From NCBI GenBank assembly GCA_951406725.2, contig OX597830.1, positions 13,888,001-13,952,000 on the forward strand: a stretch of DNA of 64,000 bases. The letters are read 5' to 3'. Shown here in pieces: positions 27,160 to 41,344 of the stretch. Numbering within the stretch: the stretch's first letter is position 1; each line of letters begins with the position of its first letter. Source of the DNA: Octopus vulgaris (Eukaryota). The position numbers were made by a program, and so were the translations under genes. The notes below the pieces were generated by a model, which was not told the DNA's origin, ran no database searches, and saw only the letters and a list, made by a program, of their open reading frames with translations.

Positions 27160-27385
27160 TGTGTGTCTTTGTGTCTGTGTTTGTTCCCCCACTTCACTGC
27201 TTGACAACCGGAATTGGTGTGTTTACGTCCCCTGGAGCCTAGCAGTTTTGCAATTGAGACTGATAGAATTAGTACTAGGCTTAAAAAGTAATTCCTGGGG
27301 GTCGATTTGTTCGACTGAAACCCCTCAAGGCGGAGCTCCTGCATGGCTGCTATGAAAAGACAGAAACAAACAAAAGAATAAAAGA
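27160..27385 (+). mobile_element. SINE family B 3' part
   Basis: GCTTGACAACCG..TGGTGTGTTTACGTCCCC..CCTGGGGTCGATTTGTTCGACT..GGCGGAGCTCCTGCATGGC matches 63340-63530. Confidence 0.8.
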
Positions 27386-29267
27386 AAAACAGCCACATGT
27401 GTAGCGATTGCAAATTAGCAAAGAAATATATCAGTATTAAGCTTATTGGCAATAATCGCTTGTGTCACTATTTAGCTTAAAGAGGTGATAAATACACGCC
27501 TGTTTTTGGTCACATAATGTCTAATACTATATCGCTTCAAACATTAAGATCTCGAAATTATATGCTCCGTTTGTATATTTATAAATATTTCATTGTTTTT
27601 TTTATCTATTATATCTCTCAACTTAAATCCGTCTCATGCCTGATTTTCCATCCTATAGCTAACCCATGTGTCGTTGGTTTTATCGATCTGTGGATATTAC
27701 CAATCATATTTCCAAAATTTATTTTTATTCTTAAATTTTCGAAGATTTTACGATTGTACGTTAAAAAATTGCTCTATTTCCATGCTTGCACGCTTGTCTC
27801 TTGCCTGTACTTTTGGTAACATATATTTACAATCCAATGATGAGATTTTCTCCAACAGTTCTTAAAACAGGAATCAATGAAATAAAAATACACATGTAAT
27901 CTTATATTTAATGTATTAAAGTCTCTACTTTATTGAGTTCCTTAACTTTGGGACCACGCGTGTTCTCATAAACAGGTATAACCTAATAATGTGTACCATC
28001 ATGCCGAATTCTTTGTCCGCCACATTAATATAAATGTTGAAACAGCAAATTGCTTTGTCCAATAAAAATAGAGCCATACTCCTAAAGAATATTTAGCATA
28101 TGTTACCAATACAAAAGACCGACTATTTTATCAAAGTCTTTGGTGGTATGGATGAATTTTTGATTGACAAGTAAACTTTAATGCGTAGTTAAATCGAATA
28201 TACAACAGAAGCTATTACAAATATTTCGAAGAAGAAATGTCTTCATTAAAACATATTTAATTCCCAAAAGAGGTAAATAAGCAAAATATATGCGAAAGGC
28301 TTGATTTCACACGCGCACAGATACACATATATACTTGTACGTGCGTTTAAGTGTGTGTGTGTGTGTGTGTGTGTGCATAAACCCAAGCCTTCTGTATTTA
28401 CTTCGTACTAGTGTCTGAGTAGGCATATTCCTACATTTCCTGCATTTTCCAGAATATTATTATCTAATTTAACAAACGTTTTTAATTACAAACATTTGGA
28501 ACTCTTAAAATATCCAAGTGCACCTAATTGTCTATCTTCGATCGCTTTATTTAACAAACGTCGTAACCTCTAGTGCTGCTGTAGTTTCTATAGAAAATCT
28601 GTAGAGACAGAGATAACAGCAAAACATTATTTAGAAAAATATCTATATTTCCCTCCAATCTTCTACACTCTGACTTTTTCAAGCTATCCTTCTAACCAAG
28701 TTAACTAAACAGACTTTGATTTATCAATATAACGATTGAGCAATTCTATCACAAACTACAATTATTGATTCATTATCCTATTTTAGGGATCTCATTCTAG
28801 AAGTTGCACAAATAGATATTTTTGCTTGTATTTCCCATATTTAGGGATTGTTCATCCCCTCCCACTATAACCTGTTCAACTTAAATGCATTTAGCTATTT
28901 AATCTACGATCCTTGCACAACACTAAACTAGGAGTTATATTCATAGTTTGTTACAATTTAGATATGATTATGAAAACTCAGGTGCATATATGTGTCCACA
29001 TACACATCCATCCATCCATCCATGCATCCATGCATCCATGCATCCATCCATCCATCCATCCATCCATCCATACATACATACATACACACACACACACATA
29101 CACACACATACACACACACAAACACACACACACATCTCTACATACAAAGTGTTGGAGTTTAGTTCACAGGTGATCTAAACGATTAGGTACGCTAGGTAAG
29201 TGGTGTAAGGGATTAGTAAGGCTCCAAGTAAGGCGGTAGTTTTGGAGCCATTGTCGATTTCCGATAT

Positions 29268-29335
29268 ATCCTTAAATCCTTGAAAATGTTTTAGCCCGAA
29301 CGCCGCGGCCATACTGGGGCACCACCGCTGAATAG
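29268..29335 (-). mobile_element. Very short 5'-truncated copy of the 15.6 kb LINE (3'UTR + tail only)
   Basis: Reverse complement of TTCAGCGGTGGTGCCCCAG(C/T)ATGGCCGCGGC..TTCGGGCTAAAACATTTT..AAGGATTTAAGGAT. Confidence 0.9.
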
Positions 29336-29640
29336 TGGATATATAATCGCTAAAAAGTACAACAAATGTTAAGTCTGTAAGTCCTTAGGTGCAATCCTGT
29401 GTAAATCCATTTAGGATAAAATCCTGATAGTGTAAAAATCCAGAAATGGGCGCGAGCGTATCATCGTTCAGTAACAGAATTTTAGCGGAGGTGGCTATTA
29501 CATGGTAAAAAGAAAGAAAAATAAATAAATAGAAAGGGAGGTAGTGAGTGTGAGGGAGAATATTAAGAAACCGGCCCTTATGAACCAGGCATGGCTCGAG
29601 AAGGAACAAACTATTTCCCTCTTGTTAACTCTCTCATATA

Positions 29641-29688
29641 ATCTCTGATGAAGGGATATCCCTAATATCACAGAAACAGCTGTAAGAC
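29641..29688 (+). ncRNA. Minimal type-I hammerhead ribozyme motif with intact core
   Basis: UCU-CUGAUGA-AGG GAUAU CCCUA AUAUC ACA-GAAACAGCUGUA-AGA: conserved CUGAUGA/GAAA/GUA core, stem I UCU/AGA, self-complementary ACAGCUGU stem III; base of stem II imperfect. Confidence 0.75.
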
Positions 29689-30304
29689 TGCCTTTCTCTC
29701 TATAAATGTCCTACAAATTTCACACAACCTTAGTTTTGTTGTTTCATTTTATTTAGCACATACACACACACTCACGCATGCACACGCACACACACACGCA
29801 TGCATGCACACACACACACACACACACACAAACACAGACACAGACACACATACACACACACATAAGTACTGCTCTAAATTGTATTTCATACCGGGATGTA
29901 GGTTCGTCTGCGATCGTAAGTTGGACGGCACGTTTGAATACAACGCAATGGGATCTTGTTCGGACTTTTGTATAAAAGTCGAAATTAGATTTCAGCTCTT
30001 CCAGAATTTTCCATGTATAGATTATTACCTACTTGTAGCACCTTCGACCCAGGGAATGAGGTCTTAGTTTTTTTTTTAGTCTCTTTTTATAGTTTATCTG
30101 CTGCATTCTCATATTTTTATTGTGGTAACATTACATCACTTCAAGCTCCGATTTTGATTCGACACTATGTAGGGAGCACAGCCGAGAGCAGTAGTCCAGA
30201 GCTCTCCCACACACTATATGCATTTGTAAACCTGTATATGTTTATATACATATGTATGTATTTGTCTATCAGCCTATCTATCTCCTACTTCCTCTGTCAC
30301 TCCA

Positions 30305-30447
30305 TATGTGTGTGTGTTTGTGTGTGTGTGTGTTTATGTGTGCGTGTTTGTGCATGTCTGTGTCTCTGTGTGTACATGTATATTTATGTATAAGCATGAT
30401 ATATTTGCAAATGTATATACAAAATTGCATACACGTATATATGCTTT

Positions 30448-30484
<37 letters not shown>

Positions 30485-30557
30485 GTATATATATATGTAT
30501 ATATATATGTGTATGTATATATATATATATATATATATATACGTATGTATGTATATA

Positions 30558-30636
<79 letters not shown>

Positions 30637-31000
30637 AGAAATGTCTGTATTTATGAATACTGGAATATTTTGATATATATGTACAAATAATAAAATTCAT
30701 AATAATTTTTATTGTTTTGAATATTAAAACATCTCAAAAACAATCTGAGTAAATTTATTTTTGTCTCCTTCACTATTTTATTTGAATATTTATTTTCTGC
30801 CTTTTATTTTAGTTTTCTAAGGCTCCTTTCTGTAATATCCGTTTACAAAACAAATGGATTGTTCTTTTGCTACGTTTTGTTCTCCTTATAGAATCTTTGT
30901 CAACCAATTCGGCTTTCTCCAGCTTTCTGTGTTACTAGAATTTTGTCTTCGTTCTCTTCCTAAACTCACCTCACTGTCTCTTCCTTTCTCTTACTTCTCA

Positions 31001-31066
<66 letters not shown>

Positions 31067-31073
31067 TCTCTAT

Positions 31074-31154
<81 letters not shown>

Positions 31155-31163
31155 GATATATAA

Positions 31164-31202
<39 letters not shown>

Positions 31203-31333
31203 TATACATACATATATATTTATATATTTATATATATATATATATACATACATATACATATATATATATATATACATATACATACATATATATACACACA
31301 TATGCATACATATATATATATACATATACATTT

Positions 31334-31390
<57 letters not shown>

Positions 31391-31562
31391 AATATATAAC
31401 TATATATATATATGTATGTATATATATATATATATATACATACATATATATATATTTTATATATTTATATATATATACATACATATACATATATATATAT
31501 ATACATATACATACATATATATACACACATATGCATACATATATATATATACATATACATTT

Positions 31563-31620
<58 letters not shown>

Positions 31621-31685
31621 GTATGTATTAATGTGTGTGCGTATGTTATTTATGCATGTGTGTATGCATGTATGTATGTATGTAT
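30305..31685. repeat. (TG)n/(TA)n compound microsatellites with internal tandem duplication
   Basis: TA-rich block ~31180-31400 is repeated at ~31415-31620 (e.g. TATACACACATATGCATACATATATAT twice). Confidence 0.9.
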
Positions 31686-32723
31686 CACTTTTCCTATGCC
31701 CTACGGTTACTTAAGAGACACCACTAATTTTTTCTTCTCTCTGAACCAAACTTCTAAAACTCTCCCATTGAACCTAGTCTTTGGATAATAAGCTTACAAA
31801 AGAGAATTTACAAAACATGGTTGTCTCCATTGTTTTTATTCCTTTCTGTATCGTCTGCCGATATTTTCACTATAAACAAAACCTTTATGTTTCATAACAT
31901 TTTCTAATCCTTTTGTGTGCTAGTTTCATAACTTCTGTCGGCCTTTCTACTCTATCGGCTGCTTACACTGAATTCTGCTTCTTCCTCTCCCAATTTGTTT
32001 GAAAAGTTTTGGGCTCTATAACGCCTTATACATGTTCATGAGACTGTAAATTATATAGTCTCTGACAGAAGTAAAATGTGTTACATAATGAAATGAAAAA
32101 TATTCTACCATTATCTTCATACATCATGCATTTCATTTAATCTTTTCAATAGCGAATAATTCTTTTATCAGAAACATGCAAGTGGAATCTGCTGAATATG
32201 TAAAAATTGTTACATAATCGAAAAATTAGGTTTCTATCGATATATCAATATTTACATAGTCCCTTAATCTTCTGGAAACCTTAGTAAGTTTCGAGAATGA
32301 AAGGATAAACTGGATAGTGTAGTCCTTTATATTCCTAAATGACCTTCATTTTGGCAATGTAGTTTTAAGTTAATTGTAAAATAAGAAAATAAGAGGAAAC
32401 CCCTCGGATTATTCAATTGCTTCTCTACTTGTATCATGAGCTTACGCTCTTGATAGGTGTTGATAGGTGTTGATAGTGTTTATGAGAAAACTACCGTGAA
32501 ATTAGCTTCTCTGTTTTTCTTTTTATTATTTTTATTTTGAGATAATAGTTACCTTGTGCGTAATCTTGAGAAAGTGCTCCTTGATTACGGTAGACTAAAT
32601 ACAGCTACTATGGGACTTAATCTTAATCTTGATATGCTATGAAACGTAAAAGAAACTCTTTGCTCTCACTCTTACAATGAAAACCCAGAAAGAAACTTAT
32701 AAATTTACAACTTCTACACAAAT

Positions 32724-32955
32724 GCCTATTTCTTTACTATCCACAAGGGGCTAAACACAGAGGGGACAAACAAGGACAGACAAACGGATTAAGTCGATTA
32801 TATCGACGCCAGTGCGTAACTGGTACTTAATTTATCGACCCCGAAAGGATGAAAGGCAAAGTCGACCTCGGTGGAATTTGAACTCAGAACGTAACGGCAG
32901 ACGAAATACCGCTAAGCATTTTTTCACGGCGTGCTAACGTTTCTGCTAGCTTGCC
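32724..32955 (-). mobile_element. SINE family A, full length
   Basis: Reverse complement of 8983-9210; imperfect TSD TCTACACA(A/T)AT. Confidence 0.9.
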
Positions 32956-33701
32956 TCTACACATATACCTTTGTAAACATCAAAGCACAAGAGAAAAAAT
33001 TTCCTACACTAACAAACCCTTAACATGCCTGACTAATAACCCCAACATTACAAATGAAAAGAAGAAATGCCCTAAATAATAAGTAAAGACAGGACCAGCC
33101 TAAACTTACCCCTTGCCTGCATTCTTTTCGAAAAAACCAAAAGTTGGCACAACGAATTACTAAGGGTTTAAATTCTGGACTTTGTACCTTTGCCCTTTAT
33201 ATTGTCAAAGCAAAAAGATGTAATTTGATAATGCCAAAAGCAACAAAAATCTGTCATAACTCGTGCCTTCCTACCAAAATAGAAAGAACCCACAGGCGTG
33301 TTTACAAATTTCTACATTCATGAATAACTTCTAAACAATAACATAACCACAAACTTAATCAATTAAATTTTTTTCAAAAATATCTTTCCATAAAAACCGA
33401 ATCACCACCCCACTGAAACCCACGGACCCAAAGATGATTTTAACTCAACTGAGACTATATAAAGGCAAAACTAAATCCAATGTATCGCTGTTCGTCGATG
33501 GTTTAGCTGGCCGAAAATTCGAAGTCACTGTCTACCATATTCTTGTTTAAGAACTATATATACTTATATATACATATATATATATACATACATACATACA
33601 TATATATATATATATACATACATACACACACACATATATATATGATATAGTTACCTTGTATATATATGTATATATATATATAGTTACCTATATATATATA
33701 C

Positions 33702-33983
33702 ATTATAACAATAAGGGTTTTGCAACAAGTTGCTTGACCACATACCGAAAATTTTAGAAATAGCAGCCAAAGGACTACTATTTCCTGTTTCTACAAAACA
33801 ATATTATTAACTCACACATGGCAATTCTTTTTTCTTCTTTTTTTGCCATGTGTGAGTTACTAATATTGTTGTCTGTGGAGACATATTTTTGTAGAAAAAG
33901 GAAATAGTAGTCCTTTGGCTGCTATTTCTAAAATTTTCGGTATGTGGTCAAGCAACTTGTTGCAAAACCCTTATTGTTATAAT
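33702..33983. repeat. Near-perfect ~120 bp-arm inverted repeat
   Basis: 33702-33824 vs 33843-33983 reverse complement; T-rich 18 nt spacer; right arm has a ~20 bp extra segment. Confidence 0.95.
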
Positions 33984-34105
33984 TATATATAAAAAAACTT
34001 TTTGTTTAAGTTTTTACCGAAAATGGTCCTTTTCCATACCGAAAAACTACTAGGGGAAATTTGTTGATTTTATTAAATTAATTATCTTTCACCCTATATC
34101 TGCAA

Positions 34106-34168
<63 letters not shown>

Positions 34169-34171
<3 letters not shown>

Positions 34172-34950
34172 GTGCGAGACCTGGGTATTTACATGAGTGA
34201 TGATGCAACCTTTCATGTGCATGTTGCTAAATTGGCAATGAAATGTAGGCGGCTGACCGGATGGATTCTTAGAACCTTCAGAACAAGAGACCAGGAAACC
34301 ATGATGGTCCTCTGGAGGACACTTGTCCTAAGCCACTTTGATTATTGCTCTCAGCTATGGTCACCATCCAGTGTCAAGTTAATCACAGAACTTGAGGCGA
34401 TCCAACGAAGCTACACGAAGAAGATAGCCTCTGTGCAGCATATAAGCTATTGGGAAAGACTCAAGAGATTGAGACTCTATTCCTTGGAGCGTAGGCGAGA
34501 AAGATATGCCATAATATACATCTGGAAGATCCTAGAAGGACTTGTCCTAAACTTTGGCATCGAGAGTTACACAAATGCCAGAACTGGGCGCCACTGCATA
34601 GTGCCAAGGACTCCAAATTTGCCATCAAGATGTAGGACAAGATACTGTGATAGCCTGGGCTTCCGAGGCCCACAGCTCTTCAATATCCTCCCGAAGAACC
34701 TAAGAGACCTGCATGGGGTGGATGCAGATGTCTTTAAAATGAAACTGGATCTCTTCTTGTCAGGTATCCCAGATGAACCAACTTCACGGCAGGAGGTGCA
34801 GATGAGGGCAGCTGCATCGAACTCTCTCATGCACCAAATGGCAATTGCTAAAAAGCATTCGTGAAGTAAAATCATGTAGCAACACCAAATGTCGGTGCCC
34901 CAGCATGGCCACAGCTTGTGAGCTGAAACTAGATAAATAAATAAAAAATA
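34169..34950 (+). mobile_element. CR1/L2-type LINE, 5'-truncated, sister subfamily of the 15.6 kb LINE; (TAAA)n tail
   Basis: Open 230-codon ORF (34172-34864) collinear with the C-terminus of the 15.6 kb ORF (roughly 70% identical by eye); same 3'UTR motif GGTGCCCCAGCATGGCC; 5' end abuts (TA)n. Confidence 0.93.
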
Positions 34951-37900
34951 TATGCATGTGTGTGCATGTGTATGTGCGTGTGTGTATGTATACTACACTA
35001 ACACAAGTACTTAGCTGAATAGAAATGTTTAAAATTCCCGAAAGATATGCCACAGTATGGCCTCAGTCCATTACGTGAACCCGTGAAACGGTTCCATTTC
35101 AAATTTCTAATGTAGGGTAAGGTCTGAGTAATTATATTCCATGTGAAATTGGACAGCTGTGAGTTTCATGAAAACAGATCAATCCCCGAACGTATCACGA
35201 GGTAATCGATCGGTTCATCTGTTGATCCAATATATATTATATTTATCGGCCAATATGTTTGTATTATTATTTGAGTATATATTTCGAGCATTGATTGGTG
35301 AATCGATTATTCAAACAATTCGTTAAATTAACTTATTCCCGACAATATATGCAACTATTTGAAAAAAAAAACAAAAAAATAAACCAGAAATTGTTGTAGA
35401 TAATACGACGTGGAGCGGATAAGCTAGAATATGTTTTAAATGCTGTGACTATTATATTGCGGCTATAATAATAGCTGTTCCAATGAGGCAGGTTAGAATT
35501 TATTCACAATCTTTGGTAAATAAAGGAAAACACACAGTGTGAAAGACGTGAGGCATGACAGCTTATTGTCCCCTTTGCCACTCTTTCACTCCCTCCTTTA
35601 CTCACTCCCTCACTCACTCTTACACCCTCCCCACCTGTCCTTTTCTTTTCTTTCTGAAATCCCTTCTTTTCGATATATTCTATCTTTATTATGCATTCAT
35701 CGCTGGCTTTTTGAAGGCGGTTTTAAAGAATGTTTTTAAAGGATTGTTCCATATTTTCAATGTTCAAGATTTACTAGTGGATTTTTTAGTAACGTTGCCG
35801 TGTTCATGACTTGGATAATTCTTTTATCGTTTCACAGCTATTATTCCACTTTTTTTTTTATCTCTAAAGAAATTATATTTTTCTGAATAGGTTCCTTACT
35901 TCAAATGCCACCAGCTTTTGTTTTTAGTTTCTATGTCTCTTTATCCACTTTGAAAGCGCATTGTTTATTGCTTCTATATTTATTAGATACTGTTTTTTAA
36001 ATTTTTATTAAGTTTTATGTTTGCTGTAATATTTAGAACACACCATTTTAGTAGACATCAGTTTTTAACATCTCTACTCAAAACAATAACAAAATATCCA
36101 CACTTTCTATTTTGTTTTTGCACGAGATGAAATCTTTTCTTCTTTACTTATGCTTTAGAATATGCAAAAAGGATTCATGTATTCATAGGAACATGTGTGC
36201 GCTTCCTCATTGTAAAGTTGTTAAATTCCATTCCACGTTGACTCACACATCTGACGTTTAAAGACGCAGCTATTAACTTCACCAGCTTTCCAAAATAGTG
36301 TTGCACCACTATCTTCCTCTTTATTCTTCAAAGTTAATGCATCAAAACACATGCATTCAAGTTTAATTATTGTTAATACAGAGAACATCAGAGATGACAA
36401 AACTCTATATCAAACTGATTCTACCACCTGGTCTTAAATATATAAACATCATCCGCCTTCTACAAAACTCGTTGATTATGCCTTTAAAAAAAAATCAGCA
36501 TTTTCAATCTTTATGGATCTAAGCTTATTAATAAGCTTATATATTCTTATTGTTTATCAGTTTGATCTGTAGATGATCACAAACTGAGCTGAAAAGGACA
36601 TGTTAGAATATACCACAATAATTTATAATGAAAACCATGTGTAGTTGTACATGGACAACCAAGGATCGTGAGTTCAGTTTTTATTTGGCGTCTTAATAAT
36701 ATTCGTTCTGTTTGTCTTTTGTTAAAGAGAGAAAATGAGATAAGCAATGCAATCGCAGCATACAGAGCTATAGTGATATTGAGGTCAGTATGCAGCTGCT
36801 ATATGATTCTTTCTAAACAGGACACAAAGCTAGCAAATTAAGGGTCAAAGAGGTTAGTGGCTTACATGTTCATATGGTGCATCATTTACCGATCCCCGAA
36901 AGGATGAAAGGCAAAGATGAACTCGGCGGCTTACGAAACCAGAAATTAAAGCCAAGAGAAATGCTACCAAGAAATCCACAAATATTTTTATACAATCCTA
37001 TCTGCTTCCCTGTCGAATTCACTGCAGTGGGATTTGAACGCAGAAACTGCAAATATGAATTCATTACAGATATAAATTTAGAAATCGATTAAATTCACTT
37101 TTTCTCATATTTACGTTTCAGAATTTCAAGCGGGGGCCGTTGTGATTCTCTAGTTCCTTCATGGATGCCCCATCTGATAACGTGCCATATAATTGAAATT
37201 ATCTCTATTGATCACCAGTAGACAAGCATAATAACTTTAGGCAATTTGTTTTCTTCGTTCTTTCTTGTTTTTTCTTTTATTTATTCTTTTATTTTTAGAA
37301 GTTGTGAGGTCATCGTCAAATTCGGCGGAAGAATTATTAAGTTAGTAGTTTCCAGCGTAGAAAGTGATGTAATCTGAGTGCGAATCTTACCTCAGTATTC
37401 GAAGATAACGTTCTTCCATGTTGCCAGCATACCTGAAACGCTCATCAGAAAGACATCCACCCACAGTAAATCGGTGACACTGCAGATCAACCGTGTCATG
37501 AAGATAAAGGATAAAACGTGAACAGCAAACGTTTAGTTTTGTCTGTTAGTGTTTTGATTTTTAAATGAGTGGATTCGATTTGTTATTTTTTTTTTTCCAT
37601 ATCTTCCAGCAAGATCGATAAAATGAGTACCAAATATATGCAACAGAAGTGAATTTAAGCAAGTATACTGATATTAAGAAGTGCCTTTGTTTCGCACCAA
37701 TATAAGAAATCAATATTCTGCCGAAAATCCAAAGCTAGATTTCCATTATATTACAAGAAGGAATTATTCTCTGTTTATTTTGAAAGTTTCCTTTTTGTAG
37801 CCCATTTCTCTCATATATTTTAACAATCGTATAGTTGTTCATAGTAAACTTTATTTCTTGTGTATCTTCTATGTTTACTGCACATATTCTCTTGCGCTTG

Positions 37901-39073
37901 CAGCTGCACTGAACTCTGTTGTCTGATTACGGTTACGAGTAACTTCTAAGGCAATAATCCCGCTAAAATACTTATTGTAATATCAATATTCTTCATGGTA
38001 ATACCGAACCAATTTACTACCTGTCTCTATAAAGATGCCCACTTTCTCTTTAATAAATTACCTTCTAACATAATTCGACTCGACTCACTGCAATATTTAG
38101 CTGAAAACTACTTATTTCCTGATGCAGTATTTATACAAATCAAATTGTTCTTGAAGCACTTGGGAAAAATCTTTTCTACTCTATCTTCAAATCTAATTAT
38201 ATTATCATCTACTTGTGTGTTTTTCTTTTTTACTTTTCAACCTGTGAGGTTTTATGCTACAGCTCACAAAGTTTTGATTTCCAGTATTTTAATGTTTACC
38301 CTGTTATTTTTTTTTTTGAAATTGTTCAAATTAGAATGGAAAGGGAAATGCATATCTTCAGTTTTTCGTAAATATAAATTTAATGATGTCACGAAATGAG
38401 GAAGTAATTCGGTGGAGTTATAAATCGAAATAATCCAAATATTCCTTGAAATACACTGGATACTATTTTTTCTTGTAAACTCTTCATTGTGGAAAATAAA
38501 TTAGAAATTCCCCACAAGAATTTTGAATTTAACAGGCAGTACACAATCGTCTTTATAATGTAGTTGAAAATATCATTTTAATATCGTTACTTTTTATATA
38601 ATGTTCTTCAATATCTTCACATTTGCTTTGAGCTTTACTTAGCATGATGAAGTATTACTGTTGATTACATGTTCTTTGTCACCGAACAGATACTGTTCCC
38701 AAAAGAAATAATAAGAACCTTAAAAGACGTCAATGAAGGTGTTTTCAAACAACCGTTTAGTTTGTGAATATCTAGGAAGCCATAATATATAACCTTTTAT
38801 GGTAATCCGTTCTTTGGTCTCAGACACAATTGAATATCAATAAGGACAGATGAGATTTTTGGTAATCGTGTTTGCTATAATAACTGTTATGGTGGTCCCA
38901 TCAATAATGATTTCTAACATTGTCACAAACCAACACTTTTTAAAGACAATGCTTAACAATAATTCCTTTCATTGGCAAGACCCAAAATATGGCGGAGGAG
39001 ATTAGTTGAATAGACATTATTACGTAAATAGTATTTTATCGACCCTGGAAAGCTGAAAGATAAAATTAACTTC

Positions 39074-39480
39074 GGTGAAGACGCTCGACCTTTATTCTCT
39101 CGAAAAACGACGACGCCGTGGTGATCTCATTCTCGCTCACGTCATCATAAGCGGAAAGTGTAAACTCTCGAAAGAGCTGTTCTTCACTCCTGCTCCAGAG
39201 CGTGAGCTGCGGGGTCACTCCGAAAAGCTTTATCTACGACGATTTCATCTCACTCGAAGGAGAGGGGCTTTCTCCGTCCGGGTTGCGGATCCGTGAATTA
39301 AGCTGCCGGACGAGATAGTGAAGATGCTGACGACCGCTCGGTTCTAGTCTCTCTTGACCAGAAATGGCCTGAACTCTTTGTATGATCATCCTCCTTGTAC
39401 ATAACTCCCTGTCCCCCTACATGGCCTTGCTTTTGCTTTTTGAGCCAATAAAAATTGAAATGAATTGAATTGAATTGAGT
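39074..39480 (+). mobile_element. CR1 LINE 3' fragment with (TTGAA)n tail
   Basis: LDLYSLEKRRRRGDLI...RGHSEKL...RRGAFSVRVADP*.KLP, the classic CR1 C-terminus; tail TGAATTGAATTGAATTGA. Confidence 0.85.
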
Positions 39481-39949
39481 TGAACTCAGGAGGTAATTAG
39501 TTGCAACAAGTATTCGATGCTCGAATGATTCTGCAAATCCACCACCTTATTATCAATAATGCTAAATGATGATAGCAATATAGGCTATAACAATTTGAGA
39601 GGGGAGTATGGTCGATAACATCAGTCCTTATGCCTTACTGGTACGATTTTTTTAAATTGACAAATTCGTTTAGTACTGAGGAGAGACTTAAGTAAATACC
39701 AGTAAGCATTGTGATCCGTGTTCTACTCAGTCGACTAACCAACCGTCTCAATAAAAAGGATTCAATTGCGATAGTCAAGCAACTATGTTCTATTCTTTGA
39801 CTTAGAGTAAATGAAATATGACTATACTGAAGGCAGTAATTTCTTTTCTTTTTTTTTTTCGATAGCGCCCGTGACCTTTGTTGCCCCACGAGACAGATAT
39901 CAATAACTGTGCCACGCCCGCTTTTCAAGCCTGTTGGTGCCACCACTAT

Positions 39950-40070
39950 CACCGCCGCCGCCGCCGCCGCCGCCGCGCACTACTACTACTACTACTACTA
40001 CTGCTGCTGGCTAGCTGCTGCTGCTGCTGCTACTGCTACACTACTACTACTACTACTGCTACTACTACTA

Positions 40071-40102
<32 letters not shown>

Positions 40103-40507
40103 ACTACTACTACTGCTGCACTACTACTACTGCTGCTACTACTACTACTACTACTACTACTGCTGCTGCTGCTACTACTACTACTACTACACTACTACTA
40201 CTACTGCTGCTAATAATAATAATAATAATAATAATGCTGCTGCTGCTGCTACTACTACTACTACTACTACTACTCTGCTACTACTACTACTACTACTACA
40301 ACTGCTGCTGCTACTGCTGCTGTTACTACTACTACAAGCAACTACTACTACTACTACTTATACTCTGCTCTCTACTACTACTGCTGCTGCTCTTATTCTC
40401 TCTGCTTCACTGCTACTGCTAACTACTAATAACTACTCTACTGCTACTACTACTACTACTACTGCTACTACTCTCTAATAATAATAATAATACTGCTACT
40501 GCTACTG

Positions 40508-40552
<45 letters not shown>
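39950..40552. repeat. ~600 bp compound (CCG)/(CTA)/(CTG)/(TAA) trinucleotide array
   Basis: Directly visible. Confidence 0.95.
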
Positions 40553-40553
<1 letters not shown>

Positions 40554-40992
40554 CTATGTGTTTGCACGCGTGCATCACATGCCATTTTGGTGATGTTTGA
40601 TGAAGAATAACTTATCTGATTGATGGCTATGGGTGCAAGGCCTTCGGATAGATTGTACTTATGTAATTTGCACTCGTGTCTGTTGAATAGTCGCTCAAAG
40701 GACGCGTATATGGACGTCTCCCTCGCCGATAAAAACTGCACGAGAAATCAGTTACAAGGGTAAAATATGTTTTAAAGCGAAAATGCCTTTTGTCAGTGAA
40801 TCTACACAAACAATTCCTTTCATGCGTGCACATAAGACGACAAGCAGAAAGGAAGTACGACGTGGAGATGTAAAGGATGAAAATGTGCACTCACGCGAAT
40901 CACACACACACGTTCCCATGACTACGGAAAGGTGGATTGGAGAGCTTTAATCTTGGAAATTTGGCAAATAAAAGCGAACACATACGCATATG

Positions 40993-41062
40993 CATACATA
41001 CATACATACATACATACATACATACATGCATACATACATACATACATACATACATACATACA

Positions 41063-41092
<30 letters not shown>
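40993..41092. repeat. (TACA)n tetranucleotide microsatellite
   Basis: Directly visible. Confidence 0.95.
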
Positions 41093-41093
<1 letters not shown>

Positions 41094-41112
41094 GTGTTGA
41101 TGTGTGTGACTG

Positions 41113-41250
41113 AAGGTGGTTGACCTAGTGGTTAGGTTGTTTAGTCCATGATAATAATTTTGTGTTCAGTTCCTGGACCTGACAAGGCCTTGTAATCCTT
41201 CATTTTACGTTGCTCCACTCTACTCAAATATAATGGATACTACTAGCTAG
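41113..41250 (+). mobile_element. Old tRNA-headed SINE remnant
   Basis: TGACCTAGTGGTTAGG A-box-like and GTTCAGTTCC B-box-like motifs; strongly diverged. Confidence 0.45.
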
Positions 41251-41302
41251 GCATCAGTCATCTCTCTCTTTCTCTCTCACACACATGCACACACACTCTC
41301 TG

Positions 41303-41344
<42 letters not shown>

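Noticed and set aside
32960-33550. Second Penelope N-terminal region
   Set aside because: Only a weak KGLN-like trace; too decayed to support.
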